27,408 nt of DNA from Acidimicrobiia bacterium. Its GTDB lineage: Bacteria; Actinomycetota; Acidimicrobiia; Spongiisociales; ZC4RG35. The notes under the pieces are model-generated. The model worked only from the letters and a program-made list of their open reading frames with translations. It did not search any database and was not told where the DNA came from. Below are positions 17,241 to 25,636 of this stretch, piece after piece; positions within the stretch are counted from its first letter, which is position 1, and each line of letters starts with the position of its first letter. The stretch covers positions 1-27,408 of the forward strand of contig JBAPYG010000076.1 in NCBI GenBank assembly GCA_049284615.1. Reading direction: 5' to 3'. The position numbers were made by a program, and so were the translations under genes.

Positions 17241-18369
17241 CAAACGCACCCGTGACCAGGCCCAGCCAGTAGGTGAAGGTGGAGAGGACCGAGTCGGGTG
17301 CCGGATCCGGATTGCGAACGATGTCTACTTCGGCGGCCTGGGCGGTCGACGACGAGCCCTGACCAAGGTCAGTGATCTCCGCGGTCAGGCCCTGACCGGT
17401 CGTGTGCAGGAAAGTCTCCAGCCGCGCCTCGGCAACGAGTGGCGACTCCGCGGTGCGGGCCGCCACCGGCTGATACGGGATGCCGGCCGCCAGCGTGCCC
17501 TGGATCCTCAGATCGTCGAAGGCCCAATCGAAGAGCTGGATGGCGTCGGAGAAGTGCGCCCGGCGGCCAACGGACCTGAGGAGCACGGCGAAGACACGCC
17601 GACCATCGCGTTCCACGGCACCGACGTAGGTGAGACCGGCGTTGGGCGTCTCACCAGTCTTCACCCCGATGGCCCCCTCATAGGTGTCCAGGATGCGATT
17701 CGTGTTGGTGGCGCCTCGTGGCGTCCCGTTGGGAGTGTCCGGGAAGACCATGATCCGGCTGCGCACCAGATTCTCGAACTCGGGCAGGGCCATGGCCACC
17801 CGCGACACTGTCAGCATGTCCCGTGCGCTGGAGTAGTGGCCACTCGTGTCGAGCCCGTTGGGATTCATGAAATGGGTGTTCACCATGTCCAGCTCGATGG
17901 CACGCTCGTTCATCATGTCCACGAAACCGTCGACAGAGCCGCCGATGTGCTCGGCGATGGCAGCAGCTGCATCGTTTCCGGAGCGAACCATGGCGGCGCG
18001 AACCAGCGCCCCCAGAGTGACCGTCTCTCCGGCGACGAGACCCATCTCCTGACCGCCCTGGCCCGCTGCGGTCTCGGAGACGACCACTTCGTCGCTCACG
18101 TTGCCGTTCTCCAGGGCGAGCAACACCGTCATGATCTTCGTTATCGACGCCATCGGCCGTCTCGTGTCTGCGTCCGACTCGGCGAGGACGGTGTCACTCG
18201 ACTCGTCGTAGAGGATCCACGAGGACGCCGTCACCGAAGGAGGGTTCGAGTCCATGGGGAACCCGTCCTGGTCGACGTACGGGAACACCAGCGGCGCCGC
18301 CACGGCAGGTGACGCGAGCAGTGTCCAGAGGATCGTCGCCAGGACGATCGATCGTAAGAGTCGCTTCAT
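17233..18369 (-). CDS. D-alanyl-D-alanine carboxypeptidase (peptidase S11)
   Basis: Signal peptide, SITK (SxxK), SGN (SxN), KTG, C-terminal amphipathic/hydrophobic tail. Confidence 0.94.
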   Translation of the reverse strand: MKRLLRSIVLATILWTLLASPAVAAPLVFPYVDQDGFPMDSNPPSVTASSWILYDESSDTVLAESDADTRRPMASITKIMTVLLALENGNVSDEVVVSETAAGQGGQEMGLVAGETVTLGALVRAAMVRSGNDAAAAIAEHIGGSVDGFVDMMNERAIELDMVNTHFMNPNGLDTSGHYSSARDMLTVSRVAMALPEFENLVRSRIMVFPDTPNGTPRGATNTNRILDTYEGAIGVKTGETPNAGLTYVGAVERDGRRVFAVLLRSVGRRAHFSDAIQLFDWAFDDLRIQGTLAAGIPYQPVAARTAESPLVAEARLETFLHTTGQGLTAEITDLGQGSSSTAQAAEVDIVRNPDPAPDSVLSTFTYWLGLVTGAFGG

Positions 18370-19043
18370 GTTTTGAGGTGTTGTCTCAGTTCGGAGGTCA
18401 TCAAGGCCCGGTGCATGGCCTGGACCGAGTCAGAGCCCGCTTCCAAGACATCCTTGGCTCTGGCCTTCGCCTCGGGGTTCGCCGCCTTGAGCAGTGGGGT
18501 CACCAACTGCATCAGCAGGTCTGCCTCGCGCTCGGACGAGAGCTTGACGGTGCGCAAGTGGCGCGCCTCGAGACCCTGGTCCATCAACCTCTTCGCTTCC
18601 ATGGCGATGACTCCGGCTTCAGCGGGAAACACCACCGAGTCGCGAATCGGACGTACCAAGCCTATGTCGATGAGCGCGCCTAGCTCACTTTCTGACAGCT
18701 TCGATCTCTTGAGCAGTTCTGCTCGATCCAGGGGCTCCCCGGACCGGTCGAGATCGTTGTGATTCGCCCCGGGCTCACCCGAGACCTCTTCACCTCGCTC
18801 CCACAACGTGAGCTTCGACTTGATGACCTTCAGCGGCAGAAAGTGGTCCCTCTGCTGCTGGAGGATGAAACGAAGACGCGCGACATCGGTCGAATCGAAT
18901 TGCCTGTATCCGCTCCCCGATCGATCCGGCTCGATAAGCCCCTGACTCTCCAAGAACCGGATCTTGGAGACGGACACGTCAGGAAAGTCGTCGCGGAGGA
19001 GGTTGATGACCTCCCCGATGCTGAGTTGAGTGACCTCAGGCAT
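18366..19043 (-). CDS. MerR-family regulator, Rv1828/FtsR-like
   Basis: SIGEV...L..DFPDVSVSKIRFLE.QGLI.P.R..SGYR, QRDHFLPLKVIK, G.EARHLR; located after the FHA gene. Confidence 0.93.
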   Translation of the reverse strand: MPEVTQLSIGEVINLLRDDFPDVSVSKIRFLESQGLIEPDRSGSGYRQFDSTDVARLRFILQQQRDHFLPLKVIKSKLTLWERGEEVSGEPGANHNDLDRSGEPLDRAELLKRSKLSESELGALIDIGLVRPIRDSVVFPAEAGVIAMEAKRLMDQGLEARHLRTVKLSSEREADLLMQLVTPLLKAANPEAKARAKDVLEAGSDSVQAMHRALMTSELRQHLKT

Positions 19044-19479
19044 CACCGTGGGCGACTACGAAGTGGAAACGGCCCACGAGTACCTCGTCACCAGCGGAAA
19101 GCGCGAAACTGTCAACCCGGTCGTCGTTCACATACGTGCCGTTGGTGGATCCGCTGTCCTCGACCCGGAGGGTGTCGCCCTTGGTCACGAAACGACAGTG
19201 GTGACGTGAGACGGTGACGTCGTTGAGGAAGATGTCGCTCTCCGGGTGCCGCCCCACAGTCGTGTTGCCCTCCCTGAGCATGAAGGTCATCCCGGATCGA
19301 GGTCCCCTCTCGACGACGATGGCAAAACCGGAGAGACCGTCGACATGAGCAGCCTCGTCGGCGCTGAGAGGGTGCTCGGCTCGGTCGCCCAGAGGTACGT
19401 AGACCACCGTCGGGTCGGTCTCGACCTCAACTTCAGGTTTGGGCTTTTCGGCGCCGGCAGCTTCCCCAGACTGACTCAT
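19036..19479 (-). CDS. FHA domain protein, GarA/OdhI-like
   Basis: GRHP.SDIFL.D.TVSR.H and D.GS.NGTYVN; syntenic position after gcvH. Confidence 0.92.
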   Translation of the reverse strand: MSQSGEAAGAEKPKPEVEVETDPTVVYVPLGDRAEHPLSADEAAHVDGLSGFAIVVERGPRSGMTFMLREGNTTVGRHPESDIFLNDVTVSRHHCRFVTKGDTLRVEDSGSTNGTYVNDDRVDSFALSAGDEVLVGRFHFVVAHGDA

Positions 19480-19517
19480 CGCCTGGAATGATAGGTGGCT
19501 TCGGCCCGGGCCTGGAA

Positions 19518-19901
19518 CTACTCCGTCAGATCCTTGTAGGCCGACGCGTCGAGAAGGCCCTCGTCCGTGATCTCGCCACTGACGTCGATCTCTACCAGCC
19601 AGCCCTCGTCGTAAGGACTGGTGTTGACCAACTCCGGGGTCTCGGCGACGCTCTGGTTGACGTGGGCGATCTTCCCCGGGAACGGGGCGTATACCTCACC
19701 AACGGACTTGGTGCTCTCGATCTCGACCACGAGATCGTCCTTGGCGACCTCCTTGCCCGGCTCCGGGAGCTCGACGTACACGACATCGCCCAGCTGGTCC
19801 TGGGCATAGTCGGTGACACCGAGGCGGACGGTCGAGTCATCGAGTTTCTTGATCCACTCGTGCTCGTCGGTGTAAAGAAGGTCTTCCGGCGCGTTCATCA
19901 A
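19518..19901 (-). CDS. gcvH: Glycine cleavage system H protein
   Basis: HEW, G.TDYAQDQLGDVVYV, lipoyl-Lys IESTKS, N.SPY.EGW. Start is TTG 19901 or ATG 19898. Confidence 0.97.
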   Translation of the reverse strand: MMNAPEDLLYTDEHEWIKKLDDSTVRLGVTDYAQDQLGDVVYVELPEPGKEVAKDDLVVEIESTKSVGEVYAPFPGKIAHVNQSVAETPELVNTSPYDEGWLVEIDVSGEITDEGLLDASAYKDLTE

Positions 19902-20494
19902 CTCTCCTCGGGACTGGCGATCGACTCTAATTCTCGCACTGCTCGCAGGGCGTCACCGGTGTATTGGAAGGCCGTCACCCAGTAGAGAGCCAGCCCCCCG
20001 ACCCCGGCAATCCAGGCCAGAGGTGTCAGGATCGACTCGAGGAATGGGATCGCGGCGAAATAGAACCACCCGATCGAGGAGTAGACCAGCAGGGTCGCCA
20101 CCTTCCCCAGCCAACGCACCTCCAGCGTCCCGGCGCCACGCACGTAGGTGAACAAGGCCACGATCGCCATGTAGACCTCTCGTGCGATCAGGACGTAGCC
20201 GATCGACGGCGGCACGATCCCGGCGATGAGACCGGCGACCACCCCTGATGCGATCATCAGCCGATCGGCGATCGGGTCGAGTGCCTTGCCCAGCTTGCTC
20301 ACCTGATTGAGCCGACGGGCCAAGAAGCCGTCGATCCAGTCGGTCGTTGCAACGACGGCAAACAGGATCGTGGCCGCGGCCACGTTGTCCTCAGCGAGCA
20401 ACAACCACCAGAACACGGGTATGGCCGCCAGCCTGATGAACGAGACCAGGTTGGGGATGGTGACTATTCGATCGGTGACCTGCTCTTCGCTCAC
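19898..20494 (-). CDS. CDP-alcohol phosphatidyltransferase (PgsA2/Rv1822-like)
   Basis: TIPN, D(x)2DG(x)2AR...G..LDP.AD signature. Confidence 0.93.
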   Translation of the reverse strand: MSEEQVTDRIVTIPNLVSFIRLAAIPVFWWLLLAEDNVAAATILFAVVATTDWIDGFLARRLNQVSKLGKALDPIADRLMIASGVVAGLIAGIVPPSIGYVLIAREVYMAIVALFTYVRGAGTLEVRWLGKVATLLVYSSIGWFYFAAIPFLESILTPLAWIAGVGGLALYWVTAFQYTGDALRAVRELESIASPEES

Positions 20495-20507
20495 TCGGCG
20501 AGGGTAG

Positions 20508-22331
20508 TTATCGGTCGATCTGCCTCACGTCACCGATGCCCCCGAGACGTCCCTGCAGCCCCCCCAGACTCTCTTCGACGCCGAAGGCGACACGGTCGGA
20601 TCGATAGACCTCCGTCAGTTGGCTGGTGAACAGGGGCAGATAGGGAAGGTCCACCGAGAGTGTCTGTTCCATCTTCCAAAGGGCGTCCAGCGCCGCCTCC
20701 GAGGTGAAAGCCGACTCATAGGCTGCGAGCGCCTTGTCGAAAGTCTTGCTCGTGTAGCCGGTGTTGTTCATCTCGCCACCGGTGGCGAAGAGGGGGCGAT
20801 AGAACTGTGGATGGGCCGGGCTGCCCAACGTCCACCCCAGCAGGTACATGTCGTAGTGGAGCTCACCGTCGTCCCCTTTGGTGAAGGCGAGATCGACGAC
20901 GGTGTCGAAATCAGTCTCCACCGGACGGGTGTCGAACCCGAGGATGGCGAGGGTGTCGGCGATATGCTGGACGTACACCGGTCGTGCGGTGTCGTACTCG
21001 TCACCGGGAGTGAGGATCGTCAGTGGCTGTGGGGGACGGCCCCCTATCGTCAGCCCCTCCCCCGCCACCAGCGCCCCGTCGGCGCCGAGGGCCGGTGGCT
21101 TGGTCCAGGCGTATCCGGCAGCCGTCAGGTCGGCGACTGCCTTCTCGAGGCGCCCACCGAGATCGCCGGCGTAGCGGTCTCGATTCTCCGCGTCGGCATC
21201 GGGGTCGAACCATTGCCCGTTGGCGGCGGGGACCATGGACCAAGCAGCCTGGCCGCTTTGGGAGATGGTCTCGGCCAATTCCTCGCGGTCGAGCAGCAGG
21301 GCGAGGGCGCTGCGAAAGGCGATGTTGGACATGGGCTCGCGTGTGAGGTTGAAGCCGAGATAGCGGATTCCGTTGGCGGGATTGGTAATCACGGCCACCG
21401 AGTCATCAGTCTCGAGCGTGCCGAGTTGCTCCTTGGTGACGCCTTTCGGGGTGAGCAACGAGTCGATCTCATCCGCACCCAGGGCGGCGACCAGATCTGC
21501 CTCTGTCTCGTAGACGTGGTATTCGACGATGTCCGGGGTCTCCCCCGGATAGCCGGGATTGGCCGTGCTGACGATCAGGGTGTCCGAGGTGCTGGCTAGG
21601 GCGAGCGGCCCACCGCTCACATCGGAGGCGCCGGACATCGCATAGAGGTCTTTGGCGGTCTTCCCGGCGACCAGGTCGGCCCATGCGTGCTCCGGCATCA
21701 CGGGAGCGAGGCCGACCCCGTGCGGCCAGACGGAGAGGTCGGGACGCTTCTCGAACTCGATGCGAAGCGAATAGTCACCATCGGCGTTGATCGACTCGAT
21801 CCCCTCCGGGTACGCATCCGCCCATGAGCCGCCGAGCTCGAGCTTGCGGACGGTGTCGAAGGTGAAGGCCAGGTCGTGTGCCGTCACCGGCTCGCCGTCG
21901 CTCCACGAGAGCCCCTCGGTGAGCTCGAGACGCACCCGCCACCCGTTTCCGTCCCATGTCGGCGTGGCGTCGCCCCGGATCAGCTCGGGCTCGAGGGTCC
22001 CAGTTCCGGGGTCCAGCGTGAAGAGTGCCGGCTTGGTGGGCCCGAGTATGTATGAGTTCCACACCGAGGGCTGCTCGCTGTAGTACGCCCAGAAGTTGTC
22101 GGTGCTGACTCCGGACAGGACCCCGAGCCGGTAGACGAAAGGCTCCGGAACCGTGGTCGAGGGCAACGTGTCGGGCTGCTGGGTTTCGACGGCCACAGTG
22201 TGATCGGTATCGGTGGCGATGATGTCGGCAGGCGACGCGTCCACCCTCGAGCCGATCTGAAAGACTCCGGCTATCGCTATGCCGGCCAGGACGGCCGAGG
22301 CTCCAATTGTTCGCAGGGTTCGGTCTTGCAT
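20508..22331 (-). CDS. ABC transporter substrate-binding protein, family 5 (peptide/nickel type), TM-anchored
   Basis: Start re-set to ATG 22331 after GGAGG. WSDGEPVTA.D..FT, YLGFN, FR.AL, DLPYLPLF. Confidence 0.9.
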   Translation of the reverse strand: MQDRTLRTIGASAVLAGIAIAGVFQIGSRVDASPADIIATDTDHTVAVETQQPDTLPSTTVPEPFVYRLGVLSGVSTDNFWAYYSEQPSVWNSYILGPTKPALFTLDPGTGTLEPELIRGDATPTWDGNGWRVRLELTEGLSWSDGEPVTAHDLAFTFDTVRKLELGGSWADAYPEGIESINADGDYSLRIEFEKRPDLSVWPHGVGLAPVMPEHAWADLVAGKTAKDLYAMSGASDVSGGPLALASTSDTLIVSTANPGYPGETPDIVEYHVYETEADLVAALGADEIDSLLTPKGVTKEQLGTLETDDSVAVITNPANGIRYLGFNLTREPMSNIAFRSALALLLDREELAETISQSGQAAWSMVPAANGQWFDPDADAENRDRYAGDLGGRLEKAVADLTAAGYAWTKPPALGADGALVAGEGLTIGGRPPQPLTILTPGDEYDTARPVYVQHIADTLAILGFDTRPVETDFDTVVDLAFTKGDDGELHYDMYLLGWTLGSPAHPQFYRPLFATGGEMNNTGYTSKTFDKALAAYESAFTSEAALDALWKMEQTLSVDLPYLPLFTSQLTEVYRSDRVAFGVEESLGGLQGRLGGIGDVRQIDR

Positions 22332-22378
22332 GCCAACCTCCCATGCGAAGATCGGCACGAAAACCGCCGGGCTTGACG

Positions 22379-23524
22379 TTAAGTCACCGCAGCTATCCGT
22401 CGCACCGCCTCGTCGAGGGTCGCCTCGTCCTTGCAGAAGGCGAACCTGACCAGACCCGATCCCTCGGCGGGATCGCTGTAGAAGACACTCGGCGGGATCG
22501 CCGCCACCCCTGCCTCGGTGACGAGACGACGACAGAAGGCCCGGTCGTCTGCGGCGTCGGGATGACCGGCCATGAGGAAGTAGGTGCCGGCGGGCAGGAA
22601 GACCTCGAACCCGGCTTGGGTCAGGCCTGCTGCGAGCAGATCCCTCTTCGCCCGATAGCCGGCCCTCATGTCGTCGTAGAAGCCGGGAGGGGCGCCGAGG
22701 GCGGCGACGGCGCCATGTTGCACCGGTGTCGGGGTGGTGAACGTGAGGAACTGGTGGGCGGAGCGAAGTCCTCTCGTCAGATGGTCCGGCCCTATCGCCC
22801 ACCCCACTTTCCACCCCGTGAGCGAGAAGGTCTTGCCCAGCGAGGAGAGGGTGAGCGTTCGCTCCCACATGCCCGGATAGGTGGCCAGACGCCGGTGCTC
22901 GCCCTCGTAGACCATCTCCTCGTAGACCTCGTCGCATATCGCGATCACATCGTGCGCCACGCAGAGACGGGCGATCTCGCTCAACTCGACGTCACTGAGC
23001 ACCCGCCCCGTCGGGTTGTGGGGGTTGTTGAGCAATATGGCCCGCGTGCGATCGCTGATCGTCGCGGCCAATTCCTCGAGATCGATCTCGAACAGTGGTG
23101 GACGGAGTGTCACGAACTTCGGGATGGCCCCGGCCATGGCGGCGTCGGCCGGATATGCGTCATAGAACGGCTCGAGGAGGATCACTTCGTCGCCCGGGTT
23201 CAACAATCCCAGGAAGCCGGCGGCCAGCGCCTCGGTGCAGCCGCTGGTCACGGTGACTTCTCTGTCCGGATCGACGGTTCGCTCCAGCAGCGGCGAGTAG
23301 TGGTCGGCGAGTGCCGCCCGCAGGGCGGGGATCCCCGGAGACGGCGGGTACTGGTCCATCCCGCCCGCGGTCAACGACTCCCTGGCCGCGTCCTTGACGA
23401 ACCCGACACCGTCCCAGTTGGGGAACCCCTGGCCCAGGTTGATGGCATCGTGCTCTACGGCGAGGGCGGACATCTCGGTGAAGATGGTCACCCCGAAAGG
23501 GGCGAGACGGTCGGAGGTGGACAC
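22379..23524 (-). CDS. PLP-dependent class I/II aminotransferase (DapC/YbdL-like)
   Basis: INLGQGFP, NNPHNPTG, DEVY, SLGKTFS.TGWKVGW, RFAFCK. Start re-set to GTG 23524. Confidence 0.94.
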   Translation of the reverse strand: MSTSDRLAPFGVTIFTEMSALAVEHDAINLGQGFPNWDGVGFVKDAARESLTAGGMDQYPPSPGIPALRAALADHYSPLLERTVDPDREVTVTSGCTEALAAGFLGLLNPGDEVILLEPFYDAYPADAAMAGAIPKFVTLRPPLFEIDLEELAATISDRTRAILLNNPHNPTGRVLSDVELSEIARLCVAHDVIAICDEVYEEMVYEGEHRRLATYPGMWERTLTLSSLGKTFSLTGWKVGWAIGPDHLTRGLRSAHQFLTFTTPTPVQHGAVAALGAPPGFYDDMRAGYRAKRDLLAAGLTQAGFEVFLPAGTYFLMAGHPDAADDRAFCRRLVTEAGVAAIPPSVFYSDPAEGSGLVRFAFCKDEATLDEAVRRIAAVT

Positions 23525-23647
23525 GGCTGTGACATTACGACAGGAAGACCCGGGGAGCGTGGGCATGGCATCGGCGGAGGTTGGGGCCATAGACGTCGTA
23601 TGCGCCGTCTGGAACCCAGGGTTCGGTGGGGTTACCATCACGGGACA

Positions 23648-23724
23648 CGGGCCGTGGCGCAGCTTGGTAGCGCGCTTGTCTGGGGGACAAGAGGTCGTGG
23701 GTTCAAATCCCGCCGGCCCGACCA
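23648..23724 (+). tRNA. tRNA-Pro (GGG)
   Basis: Acceptor stem CGGGCCG/CGGCCCG, D-arm GCGC-AGCTTGGTA-GCGC, anticodon arm CTTGT-CTGGGGG-ACAAG, T-loop TTCAAAT, encoded CCA. TACCAT -10 upstream. Confidence 0.97.
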
Positions 23725-23814
23725 CACCCTTCGGGTCGAGCAGGCGACCCCGTGTCCCCCCGACTCGACACCTCGACCGCCCGGTAAGAACTAGTCCACC
23801 CGGACGTGCGCCAT

Positions 23815-24015
23815 ATGAGCCGCAACCAGATCGACCCTGGGCCGATAACACCTGCGATGAATGATCTCTCTTCAACGCAAAGCTCGTGCACGCGCTGTGG
23901 CCGAGCCGCCACGCACTTGACCCCCCAGGGCCTGATGTGCCCTTCCCATGCCTTCATCGCCGCCGTCAAACATTCCGACGAAATCGACTGGCTACCAGTT
24001 CCAATTCGCCGCTGA
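23815..24015 (+). CDS. Small putative zinc-binding protein
   Basis: CTRCG-x12-CPSH pattern; start is ATG 23815 or 23857; no competing real gene. Confidence 0.5.
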   Translation: MSRNQIDPGPITPAMNDLSSTQSSCTRCGRAATHLTPQGLMCPSHAFIAAVKHSDEIDWLPVPIRR

Positions 24016-24161
24016 TGATGTCGCCGACATCGATGTCGCCGGAGAAAGGTTCGTGGGTGGACGATGTGCGCGTGCGGGTACCATCGCAAAGAACTCGTCT
24101 CTCACGGGCGTGGGCGCGGCGAGATGACTAATTTCGCCACAGGCGATCAGGGAGAACCTTT

Positions 24162-24500
24162 GTGAATTCGTTTGGGGTGGAGTCCGGGGAGATCCAGGTC
24201 ACCACAGAGGCACGTGCCCTTGGCGCTGAGATGTACCAACGTGCGTCACTGGTCTCTCCCGAGACCGTGAACGCAGTGGCTGCCGTCCTGTTTGCCCTGG
24301 AGCACAGCATGGATGGCCGATTGCCACGTGAGGTAGCCGGGGAGTTCGCCCACCAGATGATGATCGACGCCACTCAGAGCCAGGAGCCGGTGAGAGGACG
24401 CCATGTCAAGTCCGACCGCTCGGTGGCCAGTCAGCTCTCGATACCCCTCGAGCCCGGTCACACCAAGTTCCGCCGCCCTACCACCGCTGACGTCGCCTGA
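24162..24500 (+). CDS. Hypothetical protein
   Basis: AGGGAG RBS before GTG; helical N-terminal half; ends 6 nt from the convergent gene. Confidence 0.6.
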   Translation: MNSFGVESGEIQVTTEARALGAEMYQRASLVSPETVNAVAAVLFALEHSMDGRLPREVAGEFAHQMMIDATQSQEPVRGRHVKSDRSVASQLSIPLEPGHTKFRRPTTADVA

Positions 24501-24506
24501 CGGCAC

Positions 24507-25523
24507 TCACGAGGTCGGGTCGTCGGCCAGGTCCTCTCTGCCGCTTCTGAAGCCCCAGATCAGGACACCGATCCCGGCCAGGCCGGCCAAGACCGCCAGC
24601 GTCATCAGGAGGCTGGTCAGCCCCGATGTGATCCCGGCGAACACCTCCTCGGCGACGGTGGCGGCAGCGTCGGTCTCGATCGAGCTCACCACCGAGCCCA
24701 CGATCAGGGTGACGGCGAGCCAGGCCAGGAGCCAACCAAGAGCCGACGCCGTGAGCAGGACCCATCCCACTCGAAACCGCAGCGGGGCGAAGTAGATCGC
24801 AGCGGCGGCGAACAGGACAGTGAGAAACGGCAGAACCCACACCAACCGATCGAGCACGGCCGTGGTCGACTGCACCGCTGCCAGCTGCTCAGAGGAGTAG
24901 ACCTCGATCGCGCCGAGACTCTCCGGCAGACCCTCCCGCTCGTAGGTCTCGATGATCGCCCCGATCGTCTCGTCGATGTCGATCTGGTTGAGCAGGACCT
25001 GGGGAATGGCTTCGCCGAGCTCTGTCACCCGCGCAAAGACCCGGTCGACGATGGGTGTCAGGACCGGGATGAGGTCGACGGTCACCACACCACCCTCGGT
25101 GGACACACTTGTGACCTCGTCCCTTATGACGGCAACAGCGGCCGCATGGGCAGCTCTGTTCACCCGGAACCAGGCGTTGGCGTAGAACTCCGACTGGAAG
25201 AAGCGCCCGGTCTCCTCGATGACGACGCTATTGATGAATCCAGCCCCATAGTCGGCGAGCGGGCCGAGGATGGGCGGGAGGAGCGAGCCGAGGCGGTGCT
25301 CGGCGTCGATCCAGTCGATCAGCTCATCGGAGAATCGGGCCGACAGGGCATCGGTGACCACCTCGCTGGTGCCGATGGGGCCTACGGTCTCCATCCAGGT
25401 GTCGGTGTCGAACAGAACGCGATGCGTCCACCAACTCGACACGGTCGCCACCACGGCCACCGTGCTGAGAATCGTGAAGACGATGGCTACCGACCATCGT
25501 CGCTTCAGAAGAGCTGACCCCAT
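24507..25523 (-). CDS. Integral membrane protein (N-terminal TM, large extracytoplasmic loop, 3 C-terminal TMs)
   Basis: Hydrophobicity pattern and W...V.FDTD.W..TV.P segment; same strand as the der operon. Confidence 0.8.
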   Translation of the reverse strand: MGSALLKRRWSVAIVFTILSTVAVVATVSSWWTHRVLFDTDTWMETVGPIGTSEVVTDALSARFSDELIDWIDAEHRLGSLLPPILGPLADYGAGFINSVVIEETGRFFQSEFYANAWFRVNRAAHAAAVAVIRDEVTSVSTEGGVVTVDLIPVLTPIVDRVFARVTELGEAIPQVLLNQIDIDETIGAIIETYEREGLPESLGAIEVYSSEQLAAVQSTTAVLDRLVWVLPFLTVLFAAAAIYFAPLRFRVGWVLLTASALGWLLAWLAVTLIVGSVVSSIETDAAATVAEEVFAGITSGLTSLLMTLAVLAGLAGIGVLIWGFRSGREDLADDPTS

Positions 25524-25636
25524 ACCCACACCAGACCCTGGACGAGACGCCAGCCAAGATAGAGCACCACGAGGACGACCATGAGCTTGAAGGTGAACGG
25601 CGTCTTGACGTCGCCCTGGTCGTCCTGGTCGGTCAT
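25505..25636 (-). CDS. Small 43-aa single-TM protein (not in the ORF track)
   Basis: MTDQDDQGDVKTPFTFKLMVVLVVLYLGWRLVQGLVWVWGQLF; ATG overlaps the der stop (ATGA). Confidence 0.75.
   Translation of the reverse strand: MTDQDDQGDVKTPFTFKLMVVLVVLYLGWRLVQGLVWVWGQLF

Noticed and set aside
17191..18312. 373-aa plus-strand ORF
   Set aside because: Antisense shadow of the carboxypeptidase.
22332..22937. Track extension of the SBP to 809 aa (apparent fusion)
   Set aside because: The extension is an Arg-rich off-frame overlap with the aminotransferase; a GGAGG-ATG start exists at 22331.
22307..23794. 495-aa plus-strand ORF
   Set aside because: Antisense to the aminotransferase and runs through the tRNA.
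23525..23875. Track N-terminal extension of the aminotransferase
   Set aside because: It overlaps the tRNA antisense; the recognisable protein begins at GTG 23524 behind a -10 hexamer.
23648..24500. Integrated element at tRNA-Pro
   Set aside because: No integrase and no duplicated tRNA 3' end seen.
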